Assembly (NCBI RefSeq): GCF_001949145.1
Contig: NW_019091361.1
Location: 2,403,825-2,467,824, forward strand
Direction of reading: 5' to 3'
Origin: Acanthaster planci
Taxonomy: Eukaryota
Length of the DNA stretch: 64,000 bases
The translations under genes and the position numbers were made by a program. The notes under the pieces are model-generated. The model was not told where the DNA came from. It made no database searches and saw nothing but the letters and a program-made list of their open reading frames with translations. This document shows, piece by piece, positions 59,910-64,000 of this stretch. The number at the start of each line of letters is the position of its first letter. The first letter of the stretch is position 1.

Positions 59910-61440
59910 CAAAAGTGCCTGTCCTGACTGTCCTCATTGCCTTGTATCGGCTACTGCGCCTGGCACGGGGCGTTTTTTGGCGTCCCTCGGAAATCTGGTC
60001 TGGAAAGGAATTTCTACTGCCGAGAGAAAATGGGCATGGATGTGGCATAGCCTACCACAGGTTGGGTGCCACTTTGTGGTTGGTTGATTGACTGACCAAT
60101 CACAAGCCCTTTATAATCTGGCCGCCATGCTAAAGTACCCCCCCTCATTGATGGCAAGGAGAGATGTACGGCCAACAATCAAATGCCATGTGCTTTGTGC
60201 CAGCACCTATGTGACAACACTATGGGTTTGCACAGTTCTGCATTGCCCTTTTAAGTATTTCATTGGGAACTTGTTATGTAACACTTTTGCCGACCTTAAA
60301 TATAAAAATTGATTTCTTACTTGTAATCCCTGGAGCTACATTATGGCTAGTCAATGGTGGGGTATTTGTGGAATCGGTACAGGATTGTGGGTAACCTAAG
60401 GTGCAGCCAGTTTGTACTTTTGCTGTGCCTTTCAATTTCGGTTAATTTCAACCTTTTAACAAGTTGTTTTGGGCTGTTTTCTTTAAATTTTTTTTGTTAC
60501 CCATGGTCAAGGTTTGGTTATAGCTTTGAAAGTAGAAAGTGGAAAACATCTACATATCAAGCTTTAATGTATTGTAGCGATTTTGCTGAAGTTTATTTGG
60601 TCGTGTTTTTGTGCCTGGTAAAAACGGTGTCCCCTCATCGGACCTCAATCAGAAAAACGTACAATTCACCAAGTGTATTTCCAAAGACACACAACAGCTC
60701 TTCTTGTGAGAGACAGTGAACAACTTATAAAAGATATCAGTTTAATAGTGTTATCCTCACCTTTTCCAAACAGTTCTGGTAATGTACCCACAACAAATCA
60801 GACTTTCACCAAAAACTTATATCTGATTGACCTGTTGACATTGTTTTCAGTGCTTATGTTGTGGCAATTTAACCTCAGACAGTTGCAGAACAGAGGGAAA
60901 CTGAAAACATAAAGAACCCCAGGTTTAAATTATTAACTTTACTCTTTGTAACAACTCTGAGTGAACTCGTTTTCACTTAGCAAATGATATTTGAAGTTCT
61001 TTTCAACCTTACACCAAAGTTCTCGATAGGCAGTTGTTAAACTTTCTTATTACATGTACATGTGTAAAAAGTAAAATGTACCAGACTGCTTGTAGTTGGC
61101 ATTGAACAGCTCGATGTCTTACATAACTGCGTCTTGTATATAATGTATATAATTTTCAATTATCCTCATGCATCTCTTTGTTAATAACTCATTACAAATA
61201 AGGATCAAGAGCTATGCATTTTTACATCTCTCAAAAAGATCTCTAAGTTATTGAACCTGTGCATAACTTACTTTCATAAAATTTTTAACAGGTTTCGGTT
61301 TTTGTCATTTTTAGTCAGAAACCATCTCATGAGACTGGTATTCCTGATTCATGGTATCTCAGTCATTTGCCTTATTGTTTAGTCCTCTGCTCATTTCAGT
61401 GGTGCCTAATCAACAAGAAGGAAATCACCTGTGATCATAT

Positions 61441-61528
61441 NNNNNNNNNNNNNNNNNNNNNNNNNNNNNNNNNNNNNNNNNNNNNNNNNNNNNNNNNNNN
61501 NNNNNNNNNNNNNNNNNNNNNNNNNNNN
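61441..61528. other. Assembly gap (88 N)
   Basis: Run of N characters. Confidence 1.
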
Positions 61529-62813
61529 TAGGGATTGGACATGTTGGGGGGGTACCCCTCGGTCTCATATCTTGCTGGGTATACATGTGATGGGTCACAC
61601 ACAATAGCGATATGTCATTCCTTGAAAAAAAAACTCGTCCCAAGTGATGTAGATATGTAAGTGTGCTTTAAAACTGGCCCACACTCATATTGTGGCTGGT
61701 GTTACAACATTTATAGTTTAGAATTTAAATTATTTTTAGTATATTTTTGTTATCCAGTATGGCATTCAAACTCAGCAGTTTTACAATCTTATCTATTTTG
61801 TCACATTTAACCTTTTTGCTTTTTTAGATTGTATACAGTGATTGTATGAAATGTCAATATTCAGAATTTTACTGTACATTACCCGTTTGTATTTGTTATT
61901 GTAAAAGTCGTGAGAGTGAAGCAATAAATTTGAAATGCACCCCTCATTTCAGTTTCACTCTTGACTTTTTTATTTGATGGGAACAGATCCCAGGTAGCCG
62001 TCAAGTCAAAAAGTGGTAGTGCATCATCAGTATCGGGGCTGTGATCAAGACCTACTTGTCTTGCTGCACAGATCACAGGAGTATTGAAAGACTTGCGGGC
62101 GTTTAACTGCAAGCATTCCCTAACAATGAATTTGATGTTTCTTCCTACGAACAACCTACTTTGCATGCACAAGTAGTGCATGTGAAGCTTAAGAATTTTC
62201 AACTGTAGAGATTTAGTTTACTGATCAACAGTATGAAGCATGTCATTTCTATGCCAAACCAGTAGGTCAGTTATAAAAATCAGAGTATGGCAAGAAAGGT
62301 GTAGTTGTCTTTTTTGTCAAAGAAGTTAGACTTTTCATTTCTTTCTTTGTAAATAACTTCAAACTTTTGTAGTAAGCAACCTACATAATTCTTGCACATG
62401 CTATATTCCTCGGCTGGAATAGCCTTGGATGTGGACATGGGCATAAGCCTAGGCACTATTAACTTGAATGTCCGTGGTCATTAAACCATGGATCCTCCAG
62501 CCAATCGACTTCATTCTGTCCAATGCATGTGACTGCCTGGATGGTCGGGGTTCAAGCAGTGCAGAATGGTCTATCGCAGGACAGCAGGTCAAGAACGTCT
62601 CTCTCCTTCCTCATTTTCACCAAGTGATACCGCCTGACATCGGATGGAATGATTTTACTGCTTGGTACTTGGTGGGAAACCTCATGATTCGCACAGCGTG
62701 TCGACATTTAAAGTGCTGATCCAGACTTTCCTGTCAAGTCAGACTCCTGACTTTACTTTCCTTCGAACGTCAGCCTTTCTTCCAAAAGTCGCTCTTGGAA
62801 TCACATTAGCTGT

Positions 62814-64000
62814 TCACATTTTTTCATACGACAAAGTATGCTGACATGACGTACACGTTTTGGAATACATATCACTGTCTTCATCGTAAACCTCTGGTCC
62901 ATAGGTATGCGTATGGCTTTGAGTGTCCTTCGTCCAAAGGCTGGAGCGTACAGCTCGTCTTAAATCTGCAGAAACAGATTTATAAAATCTATAAGATCAC
63001 CTTAGGCATTCAACAAACAAACTTTCAAATCGAACCTTCTTCAAGTAAGTTACCTTTAACCTGGTTTACATTTCTTGAGATATCCACTTTGCTTTCATGT
63101 GTTTACTTCTTGGGAGAGGCAATTAAAATGCATTAAGACAGCTGCTTTTAACGGACTTCCTGACTGTATAAGGTGGGGTATTCCTCAGAAATTTCTGTTT
63201 TGATTCTTTGATTAACCAAACGAATGAAGTACAATCATTGCCTCTGAATATCCTGAAGGATTTTAATCTGATTACAACCTTGTATTTATGGCAAATTTTG
63301 TATCTAACAGCGACGGCAAGTATCACCGTTTGGCAGGCAAAAGTAATGAAAGAAACTTACTTTTGACCTTCTTGTCAAATTGCTTTTGCTTAGCTTTTTC
63401 TTTGTTTGCCTCACGTTGTTCTTTTTCTTGTTCAATCTTCTCCATACTTCCCCACACCTCCAGTGCCCGTTTCTCAACCTGTGTGAAAAAAAATGCATAT
63501 TCCATCTCATCTTCATATCCCAGTTTAAAGTGTTTCATCAGTTATTTTTAAACATTTTCCCCCAAACAGGTAGCTTTTCTCCAATTTTATGCCAAAGAGT
63601 AGCAGTAATCAGTGATCATTTCATGGACCATGAGTTCTGTATGTCTTTGCACTAGTACGCCAGTTCATCACGCTCCTTTTTTGAGAGGACTATTCGTTAA
63701 TCTTCCCAAATTCTTCCCTCTGCTGGAGGAGGCATCATTACCATCACAAAACATCATAGGTCCAGCAGGATCGTGACATCACAGGAAAAATGTCTATTGC
63801 AGACTACCATAAGCATCCATACAGTCGCAGACTAAGATCAAAAGTTAGTCACAAGATCGTCCCAATACGAGGGTGGTTTGCGTTGGTGGGATGAGCGTTT
63901 TGGCTACTGGCGCAGGTGGATTTTCAATGATGGGGGGGGGGTTTGCTAACCTGTAGAGCTAGATACAGCTTCATGTCTCCCCATCTTGGATTGTGTGGGT
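62814..64000 (-). CDS. XPA: XPA nucleotide-excision-repair protein, last three coding exons (5' part beyond the window)
   Basis: Minus-strand exons: >64000-63951 ([16 protein letters not shown]|gttagc), 63478-63361 (118 nt, [39 protein letters not shown], phase 1) and 62965-62814 ([50 protein letters not shown]). Closely matches the XPA C-terminus ([40 protein letters not shown]). Confidence 0.97.

Noticed and set aside
61900..62800. Retroelement reverse-transcriptase fragment
   Set aside because: No RT motifs found; the region is best explained as the XPA 3' UTR.

Overview
Eukaryotic genomic DNA with spliceosomal GT-AG introns, probably from a marine invertebrate (inferred from gene and repeat style only). 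Four spliced protein-coding genes can be rebuilt with consistent exon phases. (1) A 3-exon class A GPCR on the minus strand (28642->11227, ~510 aa, GPR161/GPR101-like orphan). (2) A 13-exon kexin/subtilisin-type proprotein convertase on the plus strand (39674-51204, ~626 aa, soluble, mixed PC1/3 and PC2 features). (3) A 5-exon FAM81-family coiled-coil gene on the plus strand (56988-59909, ~380 aa). (4) The last three exons of XPA on the minus strand (>64000->62814). Introns and intergenic DNA are full of small non-autonomous DNA transposons. The most unusual are a 122-bp element with Polinton/Maverick-type ends (AGTAGT...ACTACT, 6-bp TSD) and an adenovirus-origin-like Oct motif, a 1418-bp element with IS3EU-type ends (TATGG...CCATA, 6-bp TSD), a hAT MITE with an 8-bp TSD and a perfect 74-bp-arm palindrome just after the convertase stop. 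RFX X-box motifs lie at both the GPCR and FAM81. No rRNA, intact tRNA or CRISPR was seen. All homology calls are from motif recognition, not database searches.
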